A stretch of 64,000 nucleotides of DNA from Fibrobacteria bacterium (GCA_050294405.1 JBNKOC010000003.1:8083-72082); one strand, 5' to 3'; shown: positions 51,977 through 61,694, numbered from the stretch's first letter. The notes: generated by a model not told the origin, from the sequence alone. Program-made: numbers and translations.

Positions 51977-54040
51977 TCAGTGCTTTATAGCTGCCGGCTC
52001 AAGTTTTGACACAACGGGCAGGTGTATATGAAAAGAAGTTCCTTTGCCCACTTCGCTGTCCACAGTTATTCGCCCCTTATGTTTTTCAATAATATTATAG
52101 GATATGGACAGGCCTAATCCTGTTCCAATGCCCACACCTTTGGTGGTATAACCGGGATCAAATATAAAGGGCAGCTTGCTTTTTTCGATGCCTTTACCGG
52201 TATCGGCAATAGTGATAATAACTTCCCGGTTTTCGAAACGGGTGGTAAGTGTGATAGTGCCGCATTCGCTTATAGCCTGGCCGGCATTTACTAACATATT
52301 CATAAATACCTGGTTCAACTGGTTTGGGTAACAATCTATTTGAGGGATATTCCCAAAATTTTTTATCACAACTATCCGGTTTTTGAATTGGTGGTTGACC
52401 AAATCTAAAGTGGAGTTGAGGCCCTCATGTATATCGGCTTTAAGGTATTCGGCTTCATCTATGCGGGAAAAGTTTTTAAGGCTTTTAACAATGTTAGATA
52501 TCCGGCTGCAACCTTCGGTGATAATATTGTGGCAATCTTTAATTATTTCAAAAACCTTTCTGGCTTTTATATCTCCTTTAATATCATTTGAGCAGTCTCC
52601 CTCGTATATGTGGGTCATTATTTTGTCTATAGCTCTGGATGCCGCGTTAGCCGAGCTGGAGACGGCTCCCACAGGATTATTAATTTCATGGGCGATACCT
52701 GCCACCAGGTTTCCCAGGGATGCCATTTTTTCGCTTTGCACCAAACGGGATTGGGCGTCCAACAATTCTTTTTTGGTGTTTTCCAGGGTTTCGATAGTAT
52801 TGATTTGATCTGTGATGTCGGACAATCCGCCCACCACAACATCTTTGCCGTATAAACGGGAAAACACCAGATTTAACACGGCCCATATATAGCTTCCGTT
52901 ACTTGTTCTGACTTTTAGTTCCTGATTCACCACCTTTTTGTTCATCAACAGGTCTGCAATGATTTTTTCCCTTTGTCCCGGGTCGTAATAAAAATCCGTG
53001 GTTTTCATTGTGAGCAGGGTTTCTTTGTCCACTCCCAGAAGATTGGACAGGTGATTGTTAACATATAAAAAAGTGCCGTCTTCCACTTTGCTGATGAGCA
53101 GGGGAACCGGAGAGGCATTGACTATGGTCTGCAATTGCTCCTCAGCTTTAACCATGTCGGTAATGTCACGAAAAACCCAAATGGTGCCCATTTTGTTGTC
53201 GGCCATGGGGCTGACCGGCACGGCTACCACTGAAAATACTTTTTGCGAAGGAGGGGCCGCATTCAACCGGTTTTGCAACTGGTGTTCAAAACTGGAGGCA
53301 TTGGGTTTTGTCTCATCCAGATGTTTGGCAGCGCGTTCCATTACATTGAATAAATCAGAAGGGTTTTCAAATTTACTGGAGATTTCTTCCTTAAATTTTT
53401 CAAAAGGTTGAAATACAACATCCAAAAAATCCATGCCAAAATATTGTTTAACCTGTTCATTACATTGGGCCACATTTCCTTTGGTATCCACCAGCAAAAT
53501 AACTGCGGGGAGAGCCTCCAAAATGGAGCGCAACTGGTAAGTGCTTTTAGTAAGTTTGGCTACCAGGTCATCCTGGGTTTGGGATTTAATTTCTAATTCT
53601 CCCAAGGCCTTTTTCAAAGAGCTGTTTAAGTCCGTATTTTTTTGATGCATGGAAAAGAAGTGCAAAGCCCTCTCAACCTGGGTCACAAATAGACTTTTGT
53701 CCACTGGCTTTACTAAATAATCGAAGGCACCAGCCTTCATGGCTTCCACAATTAGCTGAGTGTCGGACATTGCCGTTAACATAATTACAGGAGTCATAGG
53801 ATGAAGCTGTTTTATTTGGGGAAGGAGCTCCATTCCAGACAGTCCGGGCATCATATTATCCAGAACAATAAGGCTGTATTGCTTGTCTTTAAGTTTTGAC
53901 AGAACATCGCTACTTTCTGAACAGAGCTCAACATTGGAATACCCCGAAGTTCCCAGCGAAAGCTTAAGGCTTCTTAAAAGGGCCGGTTCATCATCCACCA
54001 AAAGGATGGTCAGGTTTTGAGATGTGAATTCAGACAGAAT
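51977..54040 (-). CDS. Hybrid sensor kinase REC-PAS-PAS-HisKA-HATPase
   Basis: TILLVDDE..LDNMMP..KP; two PAS-like domains; GIAHEINNP, DTGKGI and GTGLGLSI. The frame extends upstream to ATT 54040 / CTG 54037, after an AAGGA RBS. Confidence 0.92.
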   Translation of the reverse strand: MLSEFTSQNLTILLVDDEPALLRSLKLSLGTSGYSNVELCSESSDVLSKLKDKQYSLIVLDNMMPGLSGMELLPQIKQLHPMTPVIMLTAMSDTQLIVEAMKAGAFDYLVKPVDKSLFVTQVERALHFFSMHQKNTDLNSSLKKALGELEIKSQTQDDLVAKLTKSTYQLRSILEALPAVILLVDTKGNVAQCNEQVKQYFGMDFLDVVFQPFEKFKEEISSKFENPSDLFNVMERAAKHLDETKPNASSFEHQLQNRLNAAPPSQKVFSVVAVPVSPMADNKMGTIWVFRDITDMVKAEEQLQTIVNASPVPLLISKVEDGTFLYVNNHLSNLLGVDKETLLTMKTTDFYYDPGQREKIIADLLMNKKVVNQELKVRTSNGSYIWAVLNLVFSRLYGKDVVVGGLSDITDQINTIETLENTKKELLDAQSRLVQSEKMASLGNLVAGIAHEINNPVGAVSSSANAASRAIDKIMTHIYEGDCSNDIKGDIKARKVFEIIKDCHNIITEGCSRISNIVKSLKNFSRIDEAEYLKADIHEGLNSTLDLVNHQFKNRIVVIKNFGNIPQIDCYPNQLNQVFMNMLVNAGQAISECGTITLTTRFENREVIITIADTGKGIEKSKLPFIFDPGYTTKGVGIGTGLGLSISYNIIEKHKGRITVDSEVGKGTSFHIHLPVVSKLEPAAIKH

Positions 54041-54051
54041 GCAGATTCCTT

Positions 54052-54534
54052 TTATATAAAGGTTTTTACAATTTCCGTTTGGATTTGGGAGAGATCCGCA
54101 TGGGCTTTTGTGATTTCTTCCATCTTTTCCAGTAGTTTTTGGGAGAGAATGTGTTTTTCTATGCCATTGCGAATGATGATTAAAAAATCATCATTATCCC
54201 AGGGCTTCTCAATATAATAAAACAGGCCAATTTCATTTATGGCTTTGATGGCGTTTTCCTTATCGGCATAGCCCGTTAAAATAATACGGGGGACTTCAGG
54301 TTTGACTGCCCGCACTTTCGAAAGAAAAGTAATACCGTCCATTTCCGGCATAAGGTAATCGGAGATAACCAAATTAACCGGATTGTTTACAACAAAATCC
54401 AAAGCCTTTTCGGCAGAGGTAAAGGTTTTTATGTCATAATCGGTTTCCAAAGCCAAAAGGGAACTCACGCTGGTTAGCACAATTTCTTCATCGTCTAACA
54501 TGGCTATGGTTGGAACTGTGTTTGTTTTAATCAT
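54052..54534 (-). CDS. Response regulator (REC domain plus short coiled coil)
   Basis: LDDE, ISDYLMPEMDG, LTGY and EKPW. Confidence 0.92.
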   Translation of the reverse strand: MIKTNTVPTIAMLDDEEIVLTSVSSLLALETDYDIKTFTSAEKALDFVVNNPVNLVISDYLMPEMDGITFLSKVRAVKPEVPRIILTGYADKENAIKAINEIGLFYYIEKPWDNDDFLIIIRNGIEKHILSQKLLEKMEEITKAHADLSQIQTEIVKTFI

Positions 54535-54626
54535 CCTATCTTCCTATCCAGGTTTTGTTTTGCCTGATATTTTAATCAAGCCAATAATAAATTAGCTTTT
54601 TTAATGGATTTTACACCAATTTTGGT

Positions 54627-55073
54627 CTAGCGTGAGTCAGTTGGGCCTATCTGGCCCATAAGAGAGCGTAGCCTGCGGGAGAACTTTTTTAAAATTCCCT
54701 GGGTAATACGGATATTTTCAGAAAGGAGCTCCAAAAAATCTTCTTTGCTGATTTTTAGAAGATGGCTTTCTTCAGTGGTTGTGGCTGAAACCACCCGCAT
54801 TTCATCGTCAAAAAGAGACCAGGCGCCAAATTCTTTTTGGGGGCCGATGTTAGTCACTTCCTGTTTATTCCGATGGATTTTGATTTGTCCTGTGATAACC
54901 ATATACATGGAATCGGACAGCTCACCTTCCTGGTAAATGGTGTGGTTGGGTGGGAATATTTTTTCTTCAGAAATAAACGCAATTTTTGATAGGTCTTCGG
55001 AGGTGGTATACTCAAAAATGTCTACCTCTTGAAGCAATATGACTTTTTGAATTGTGGTTAGGCTTTTTTCCAT
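54627..55073 (-). CDS. Stand-alone cyclic nucleotide-binding domain protein
   Basis: IYQEGELSDSMYMVITG...FGAWSLFD..R.VSA. Confidence 0.9.
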   Translation of the reverse strand: MEKSLTTIQKVILLQEVDIFEYTTSEDLSKIAFISEEKIFPPNHTIYQEGELSDSMYMVITGQIKIHRNKQEVTNIGPQKEFGAWSLFDDEMRVVSATTTEESHLLKISKEDFLELLSENIRITQGILKKFSRRLRSLMGQIGPTDSR

Positions 55074-55090
55074 AATTATTTCATCCTGTC

Positions 55091-57913
55091 TTAACTAAGC
55101 TGAAGGGATTTATGGCGGGGAACCAGTCCTGCGGACTCCCGAAGAATCCCGAAAGGGCTTTGCATTAGTTCCACGATAATATTCTGTTCAATGGAAACCT
55201 GGTTTTGAATTAAAAGGTATAAACTGCATGCAGCCAACCAGGGGTCATTTTCCTCAATCAAACTCATAAGCCACACTTCGGGCAAGGTTGATTTTATTGG
55301 GCTTTCGGATTGAAAAAGCCGGATTAAGCGGTTCACCGATTGTTTTTCCAAAATAGGGATTAAATATTGTTTAACTGCATTGGGCAAGAGTGCATCTAAA
55401 AATTCCAAGGCATCTGCGTTCAATCGGCTGGAACTGCTCTTTATTCCCAAATAAGCATTGTACAAATCGCCCTGCTTGTGACAAATACCCAGTAGCCTGA
55501 AAACAAGTTCCAGAAGCTGTTCCTTTTTGTCTTCTGAGGCGCGCAGCCATAATTTGCGGGCAGAGTTGTCTTTGTCCCATTTAGAAAGGCTTTTTGGTCC
55601 CGGATTTTTTATTAGCAACTGGATATAATGTATGCGAAGCCAGTCCTTCAAAATTTTGATAACTTCAGAACGCAATACATTGGTTTGAAAAATAAGTTCC
55701 GGGTGATGTTTTTTGGTTTTCGTGAGGGCTTTAATAGCGGCCTGGTAGAATGGAAAGGAACTTCCCGGAAAATGTTTTTCTAATATTTTTATACTTCTCT
55801 GATTGGCTATTTCGCCGAGGATGATGGGCAGTTCCTGCAATACTTTTTCGTCAAAACGCTTCTCGGATAAACCCTCATCTATTTCTTTTTGAGTTAAAGC
55901 GTCCATTTCAACCAGGGCCAAGCGGGCTGATTTCACTAATCCGGGCTCAGATAGCAAATCCAATAACATTTTGCAAAAGTGAGAGTTTTGGGTTTTACTG
56001 ATTTGTGGAATAACCTGAAGCAGAGTGTTTTTTTGCCTTCCTTCCAGCAGCTTTTCCAGATAGGGATATAGTTCTTTGATTTGGCTAAGTCCCACGAGTT
56101 CAGCCAGTGCCGTTTTAAAAAATTGGGCGTTTGGGCTCTGGTCATTGGTTTTTAATGCCTGGTTTAAAAGAGTTCGAATGTCTGGGTCGGTACTTAAGAA
56201 TTCCTGCAATCCAGGGATCCTGTCTTTTTCTCTTGCCGCGCCAAGCAGCAAAGGCCAGGCCCTTTTGGGCTGCTTAACATCAATGTTGTTTTTGATAAAG
56301 CCTGCCTTATCTTTTGTCCGCAATAGCAGATTTTGGTATGCTTCGATACGGTGATAATGGGGCCCCAGTTTTATTATGGATTCAAAGATTGAGGTTTCGT
56401 TGAATTGCAATTGATGTTTAGCAATTTCAAGGCCCCGGGCCTTTATGGAAAGGGAGTCTGATTTGAGAAGAGCAGGAAGAAAGCGGGCCAACCTGGGGTG
56501 GTTGTAATTGTTCAAAAGATCCAGCATATACAAAATCCGTTTATTTTTTCCGGATGCAATAGCCTGCTCCAGATAACCCAGTAGATTTTTTATATCTACA
56601 GCATTAGCCGGGTCCTCGAAAATTATCCCTTGCTGGTCGATGGCCTTACCGAAGCTTTGGATGTAAGTGGAGCGCAATAGAAAAATAATTACCAACCAGA
56701 TGAGGCAGATGCCAAGGAGAATATAACAGAGAAGTTGAAAGGTACCGCTGGTGGACATGGGCAGAAGCAAAAGGAAAACTCCAGCGAGTCCGGTAGCGGC
56801 ATTGTCTAAAAAAACATCAATAAAGGCCTTGATTTGCTTTTTGGTTTTCTGAGGAACGGGAAAATACAAAAGCTCCATTCCCGATTTGTTTATGGACTGT
56901 TTAAGGCTGCCGTCGCTTAATTTTAAAAAGATGGCACTAATAATTCCCGGGAAAAATAAAAAAGCCAGACTGCCCGCTAACATTCCACCAGGCAAAAAAG
57001 CCAGTGAGCTTGCTACTCCCAATTTGGCAATCAGGCGAGTTGTAAGCAGTAGTTGAATGGCAAGGGCCAGAATGCTAAGGTTCGATTGCCAAAACCCGAA
57101 GAACAGCGCCAGATCATCTTCTCCTGTAAAGTGCTGGGCTGCGGTGGAGCGAAAGATGTAATCGCTGAGGGTCGCCGCAACCACTCCCAGAACTACAAGG
57201 CAGGCAATGTAAAATACATGGCGGGAATTAAACATCAGCCTGAAAGTGGATTTGAGATTTTCTGGTTGATTTGTTTTGGAAAGGGGCTTTCTCTTTTTTG
57301 AGGAGGGCATATTCCGATAACTGCATAATATCCTGTAGTTTAGCAATAGGCAGCCCACAAGAAACAACACGCTTAAAAGAGGCATGTTTCGGGCTCCGAG
57401 GTATTCTACCAAAAGCGTTGTTAGGTACCCTCCAAATATCCCACCTGCAATACCGCCAGCTCCAATTAGTCCAAAAAGCCTTTTTGCCTGCCTTGGGTTT
57501 AATACGCGGTTGCATAAAAGCCAGAACTGGCTTGCGGAAACAACTCCAAAAAGAGATACCCAAATATAAAAAGCGTAGTAAGCGCTAAAATGTAGGTTTG
57601 GAAGCCGAAACCACAGCCAAAAAGCTCCTAAACTCACAATAAATAAAATGTGGGTCCCGTTTAATAGGCTAGTGAGGTTGGTTTTTGCTGCAAGGGGCAA
57701 ATAAAAGTACATGAGCAGCCCGGATAAAAGCGCGACCCAAATGAATCCCCAGGGTAGGGCGCCAACTCCCAGATTTAAAATAAAAAGGGAGTTGCTTACG
57801 GGCTTTACTATAAGAAGAGCGCCTATAATCAGAAAAATATTCATGAAGAGCATTGTGGCCAGTTGGCCTTCGCCCTTCTGAACTTTGAGGATTTTAGTCG
57901 CGAAATATTTCAT
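55091..57913 (-). CDS. Npt1/Npt2 (TLC ATP/ADP translocase-like) transporter fused to HEAT-like repeats
   Basis: ~12 TM MFS region with QFW...QAKRLFGLIGAGG, SINKSGMELLYFPVP and KAFID; helical-repeat C-terminal half. Confidence 0.85.
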   Translation of the reverse strand: MKYFATKILKVQKGEGQLATMLFMNIFLIIGALLIVKPVSNSLFILNLGVGALPWGFIWVALLSGLLMYFYLPLAAKTNLTSLLNGTHILFIVSLGAFWLWFRLPNLHFSAYYAFYIWVSLFGVVSASQFWLLCNRVLNPRQAKRLFGLIGAGGIAGGIFGGYLTTLLVEYLGARNMPLLSVLFLVGCLLLNYRILCSYRNMPSSKKRKPLSKTNQPENLKSTFRLMFNSRHVFYIACLVVLGVVAATLSDYIFRSTAAQHFTGEDDLALFFGFWQSNLSILALAIQLLLTTRLIAKLGVASSLAFLPGGMLAGSLAFLFFPGIISAIFLKLSDGSLKQSINKSGMELLYFPVPQKTKKQIKAFIDVFLDNAATGLAGVFLLLLPMSTSGTFQLLCYILLGICLIWLVIIFLLRSTYIQSFGKAIDQQGIIFEDPANAVDIKNLLGYLEQAIASGKNKRILYMLDLLNNYNHPRLARFLPALLKSDSLSIKARGLEIAKHQLQFNETSIFESIIKLGPHYHRIEAYQNLLLRTKDKAGFIKNNIDVKQPKRAWPLLLGAAREKDRIPGLQEFLSTDPDIRTLLNQALKTNDQSPNAQFFKTALAELVGLSQIKELYPYLEKLLEGRQKNTLLQVIPQISKTQNSHFCKMLLDLLSEPGLVKSARLALVEMDALTQKEIDEGLSEKRFDEKVLQELPIILGEIANQRSIKILEKHFPGSSFPFYQAAIKALTKTKKHHPELIFQTNVLRSEVIKILKDWLRIHYIQLLIKNPGPKSLSKWDKDNSARKLWLRASEDKKEQLLELVFRLLGICHKQGDLYNAYLGIKSSSSRLNADALEFLDALLPNAVKQYLIPILEKQSVNRLIRLFQSESPIKSTLPEVWLMSLIEENDPWLAACSLYLLIQNQVSIEQNIIVELMQSPFGILRESAGLVPRHKSLQLS

Positions 57914-57995
57914 ATCTGATAATTTGGTTTTCCAAAATTAGTAAATAAGCAAGTTTATAAAGAGGCTCGGATACTAACCGAGTTTCCGGCTAATG

Positions 57996-58841
57996 TTAAA
58001 ATCTAAAGGAGAGCATTAGCCCGTTTGGAATTGGGGTTAGAGAGGTTTTAGCGGTTTTGGGATACAGGTTTAGCCACAAGCCTTCTTGCGCAGCGTATAC
58101 TCCGGCAGCCATCAAAGACCCGAACAACCCACCTACAAAAATGTCATAGTCATCGTGATCCTGATTGTAATCTCGTGTAATAGCCACCAAGGTAGCCAAA
58201 CCGTAAGCCGTGGCAATAGTTGGTATTTTCCAAATCAGGTCGTCTTTAAGTCCGTCCCCAAGATGTTGAAGCAGATAAAAATTGGCATAACTTGCAGCCC
58301 CAAAAGCTGTGGCGGAATGAAGGGACCAGAATGCCTTCCGGGCGCCAACGGGGCTCGCTCCATCCGCAGTTAAGGCTTTGTAATTGGGGCGCTTTTTTCC
58401 AACACATAGTTTGACGAAATCCGTCATTAAGGGGGTTAGGATAAATACCGCTTCTGCATATCCTTTTGAGTGTCTCCAGGCTTTGGGGGAGAAAAAACCT
58501 TCTTCATTGGGCAACATTAAAATGAACAAGTTTGGGAGAGCTACGGCAATATTCAAAACCTGGGCAGGAACCAAATCTTCAGAAACGGGGTCATTGGATT
58601 CGGATTCAAATTTTGTGGGAAGCCAAGGGGTGCTAAACCATGCCCTTTGGGTTTTGAACCATAGATCTACGCCCAAAAGCCCTAACATGGCTCCGCCTTC
58701 CAATAATTCTCTTTTGGGAGATGCACCCTCAAAGTAGCGTATTTTTATTCTGGATTTTTCGGTTGCTGTTGGTTGGGCTGGCTGTTGCGCCCAGCATAGT
58801 TTTCCCAAAAAAATAATTGCCCAGATAATCTTAAACGGCAT
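57996..58841 (-). CDS. PAP2 family phosphatase
   Basis: C1 KLCVGKKRP, C2 FWSLH (variant of PSGH), C3 TRDYNQDHDDYD; signal peptide. Confidence 0.85.
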   Translation of the reverse strand: MPFKIIWAIIFLGKLCWAQQPAQPTATEKSRIKIRYFEGASPKRELLEGGAMLGLLGVDLWFKTQRAWFSTPWLPTKFESESNDPVSEDLVPAQVLNIAVALPNLFILMLPNEEGFFSPKAWRHSKGYAEAVFILTPLMTDFVKLCVGKKRPNYKALTADGASPVGARKAFWSLHSATAFGAASYANFYLLQHLGDGLKDDLIWKIPTIATAYGLATLVAITRDYNQDHDDYDIFVGGLFGSLMAAGVYAAQEGLWLNLYPKTAKTSLTPIPNGLMLSFRF

Positions 58842-60231
58842 CTTTGTTTGTTTTAAGTTTTGCAGGGCTTAAAGAGTCGAACTTTTTACCGGCGTAGCTC
58901 ACCGCAATCAACCACAGTAAAAGGGCCGCCATGGTTCCCAGAGAAAGCCAGCGAATGGTGGAGAAGTCTTTGAAAAAATATGTGATTATAAGCGTAACCA
59001 CAATGGCGATAACTTTAGCAAAACGCTGCACAAACATGTCAATAAAGGCCTTTGCCTTGTACTTTTCTTCTTTGCTGGTTGGCACATACAAAGCTTCTTT
59101 GGCAGATTGGTTTAGGGAATAGGCCAACCCGCCATCGGACGATGGCATCAACATGGCTATGGAAAGAATGGGAAAGAAAAGATAGCCCGAACTGACGGCT
59201 AAAATAGCCACGGGTAAAACCAGTAGAGCGTTGCGGATACCGAAGTTCTTCATAATATAGCTGGTAAAAAAGAGTTGAACGATAAGGGCAACAACATTCA
59301 TCAAAGTATAGGCGCTGGCAATGGTTTGGATTTTGTCCTGGCCGGATTTGAAATAATCCACCGTTGCCGAAAACTGAAAATCCACTAGGGTAGAGACAAT
59401 TTCATAAATACCAACTATGGAGACAATGGCCAGTAGATAATTTGATTTAAATACCAGCTTGGCCCCGGCAATGGCGGGGTTCGTTGTACTATTCTTTTTT
59501 GATTTTTCGGGGTCCGAAGCAGGATCACCCCCGTTGCCCGATGCAGGACCCGGAAGCTTTTGAACCCAATAGGCAATGGCAATAATTAAAAAACCCAGAA
59601 AAGTGCAAAGCCACATCCATCCTCTCATATCCATTTGAAAGGGAATTTTAAAGGTTTTGTCTATGGGCCAGGGTAGGTAAATGGGCCAACGGTTAATTAG
59701 GGCAAGCACAAGCATAGAGCCAATGGCTCCCCCTAAAACCCCACCCAGACCAACCAGGCCATATAGTCTTTTTGCAGAATCGGCGGTTACGGAGTCGTTC
59801 AAGCTGATAAAAAAAGTAGCCACCATTAAGGTGGAAAATAGGTCTCCAAATAAATAAAAGCTCCAGGAAAGAAGCTCCGATTCGGATGGGTTCACCAAAC
59901 TGAAAAAGAAAAAACACAAGATAAAAAACACGCTAAATAGGCCTGTCAACTGGTGCTTTTTTAGGCTTTTGGATAGTGCGGAAAACACCACAACAGCGAA
60001 AAAGGCAACAAACATATTGGCGAATTTTGCAAATAATTCGGCCTGGGCGCCGTTAAAGGACATTCCAAAAAAAGTGAAAGGATTGTTTTCATAGAATGTT
60101 AAAAATCCGCCTTTTTTAAGGGGCTTTAGAATCCAGAAAATGGTTATCACCAGAAAAAAATAGGCCATCATCAAAAGTGAAAAGGCCCTTTCTCCAGGAC
60201 GGATATCTATAATGGAACTCAAAGGTTTCAT
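58831..60231 (-). CDS. Npt1/Npt2 (TLC) family nucleotide transporter
   Basis: ILKPLK, SAKRLYGLVG, DFQF and YSLNQSAKEALYVPTSKEEKYKAKAFID. Confidence 0.88.
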   Translation of the reverse strand: MKPLSSIIDIRPGERAFSLLMMAYFFLVITIFWILKPLKKGGFLTFYENNPFTFFGMSFNGAQAELFAKFANMFVAFFAVVVFSALSKSLKKHQLTGLFSVFFILCFFFFSLVNPSESELLSWSFYLFGDLFSTLMVATFFISLNDSVTADSAKRLYGLVGLGGVLGGAIGSMLVLALINRWPIYLPWPIDKTFKIPFQMDMRGWMWLCTFLGFLIIAIAYWVQKLPGPASGNGGDPASDPEKSKKNSTTNPAIAGAKLVFKSNYLLAIVSIVGIYEIVSTLVDFQFSATVDYFKSGQDKIQTIASAYTLMNVVALIVQLFFTSYIMKNFGIRNALLVLPVAILAVSSGYLFFPILSIAMLMPSSDGGLAYSLNQSAKEALYVPTSKEEKYKAKAFIDMFVQRFAKVIAIVVTLIITYFFKDFSTIRWLSLGTMAALLLWLIAVSYAGKKFDSLSPAKLKTNKDAV

Positions 60232-60298
60232 GAAACTGCGAATATAGTAACTAAATCGCAGTGAGGAATGAGTAAAGCGCCGTTATTGTAGGCTTGCT

Positions 60299-61036
60299 TT
60301 ATTGCATTTTAAGTAACCTTCCAGTTTTGCGCCCCCTTCGCATTCGCTTATACCTTGAACCATATCCCTTTAGGCGAACCCGGTTGCCATTAAAACAAAA
60401 ACGCCCGCAAAGGTTGATTTCTTTAACGGCTTCATGCAAATATGTATAGGCCCGGTTGCGCAAATCCAGCACCTCTTTTTCCCGGTTGGTATACATATAA
60501 TCCGCCAGCGACTTGCCCAGGTTTACAGCCATGCTTTGGCCCTGGGTTAAAAGTTCAAAATCAAAATGTTTTGTCTTTAATTCTTTCGCGTAACGATTAC
60601 CGAATTCCGCCAGGGTATATAAATCGAGAATGAGTCCCGAATAGCGAAGGCCGTTTCCCAACATGCGCAAATGTTCCAGGGCCTCTTTATTTTTTCGAAG
60701 GGCATACCTAAGGTTTTGCTTTATGTGGTTGCGTAGTTCCAGCCCTAAGATGTATTGGCCTTTCCACAGGGTCCCGGCCAGCGCTTTGCGCTGGAGTTCC
60801 ATCTGCCAGTTGGATTCAGCCTGGCGCAAGGCCCCCGCCCGCAGGGGTAAAGACTCCACTAGGTTCCAGTTGAGGCCATTTGCCAACAAGGTCTCTTTAT
60901 CCAACGCGGCCCAGTTGTGTAAGTCGTTGGCCTCTTGAGCAATAACATCTACAGGTAAATGGGGCCGAATCACTATTTTTGAGGGCAGCTTTTTTAGCTG
61001 GGGCAAAAGGGCAATGTAATCGTTCTCAAAGGTCAT
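60299..61036 (-). CDS. Hypothetical all-helical protein
   Basis: 245-aa ORF with an AAGGAGG RBS and a basic C-terminus. Confidence 0.75.
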   Translation of the reverse strand: MTFENDYIALLPQLKKLPSKIVIRPHLPVDVIAQEANDLHNWAALDKETLLANGLNWNLVESLPLRAGALRQAESNWQMELQRKALAGTLWKGQYILGLELRNHIKQNLRYALRKNKEALEHLRMLGNGLRYSGLILDLYTLAEFGNRYAKELKTKHFDFELLTQGQSMAVNLGKSLADYMYTNREKEVLDLRNRAYTYLHEAVKEINLCGRFCFNGNRVRLKGYGSRYKRMRRGRKTGRLLKMQ

Positions 61037-61107
61037 GGGGGCCTCCTTTGTACTTGGTCTAACGCTTAAGTCTATACTTAGAGCATACGGAAATTTTCTG
61101 TGGGGTT

Positions 61108-61140
61108 TGTCATAGTTGTGTCATGGTTGTTTAAGGTTTT
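61108..61140 (+). promoter_or_regulatory. 11-bp-period direct repeats (TGTCAT core)
   Basis: TGTCATAGTTG TGTCATGGTTG TTTAAGGTTTT. Confidence 0.35.
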
Positions 61141-61163
61141 GGGAAAATAGGGTGGGGCAGGCT

Positions 61164-61372
61164 GAGGCACGCACTATTTTTACCGGGGCTCCATCAAATT
61201 TGGCCGGGCGTAGGCAACTTTAGCTGGGGCTTGGGTAGCTTATGCTGGTGCGTAACTTAATCGCACCGGCGCGCGCTTATGTTTTGCTGGCGCGCGGCTC
61301 CCTCAGCTTGGCGCAGGCCTAAATAATAGTGGCGCAGGTCTTCATTTTCCCGGCGCAGGGTTCAAAAACGCT
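61164..61372. repeat. Degenerate 21-bp-period GC-rich array (~10 units)
   Basis: GGNGC-type cores at 61164, 61185, 61206, 61226, 61247, 61268, 61289, 61310, 61331 and 61352. Confidence 0.75.
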
Positions 61373-61385
61373 TGGAATGACTAAA

Positions 61386-61694
61386 TTAGGCCGCTTTGCC
61401 CAAAAAATCTAGCGGTGATGCAACTCGTAAAGTGCCGGTTTCGGCTATATGAACATAAACCATAGTGGTCTCAATATCTTTGTGACCCATTAACTTTTGA
61501 AGGGTTGTTACGTCCAAACCAGATTCTACGAGGTGAGTTCCGAAGCTATGCCTAAAACTGTGAGGCGTTCCGGGCTTATTGATTTTGTTGTTTTTGATCA
61601 TTAGTTATAACCATTTAACCCTGTATTCAATTGTATTTAACATAACATCAGAACGGGTAACTAGATACTCCCTAAATTTCTCAAAATCATCCAT
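61386..61694 (-). pseudogene. Tyrosine recombinase (integron integrase-like) with a large internal deletion
   Basis: C-terminal fragment TPHSFRHSFGTHL...LMGHKDIETTMVY (61386-61601). A separate 29-aa N-terminal fragment MDDFEKFREYL...TIEYRVKWL* (61605-61694) follows an AAGGAGA RBS. Confidence 0.75.

Noticed and set aside
61164..61372. CRISPR array interpretation of the 21-bp periodic region
   Set aside because: The cores are only ~8 bp and degenerate, the spacers are ~13 nt, and there are no cas genes in the window.
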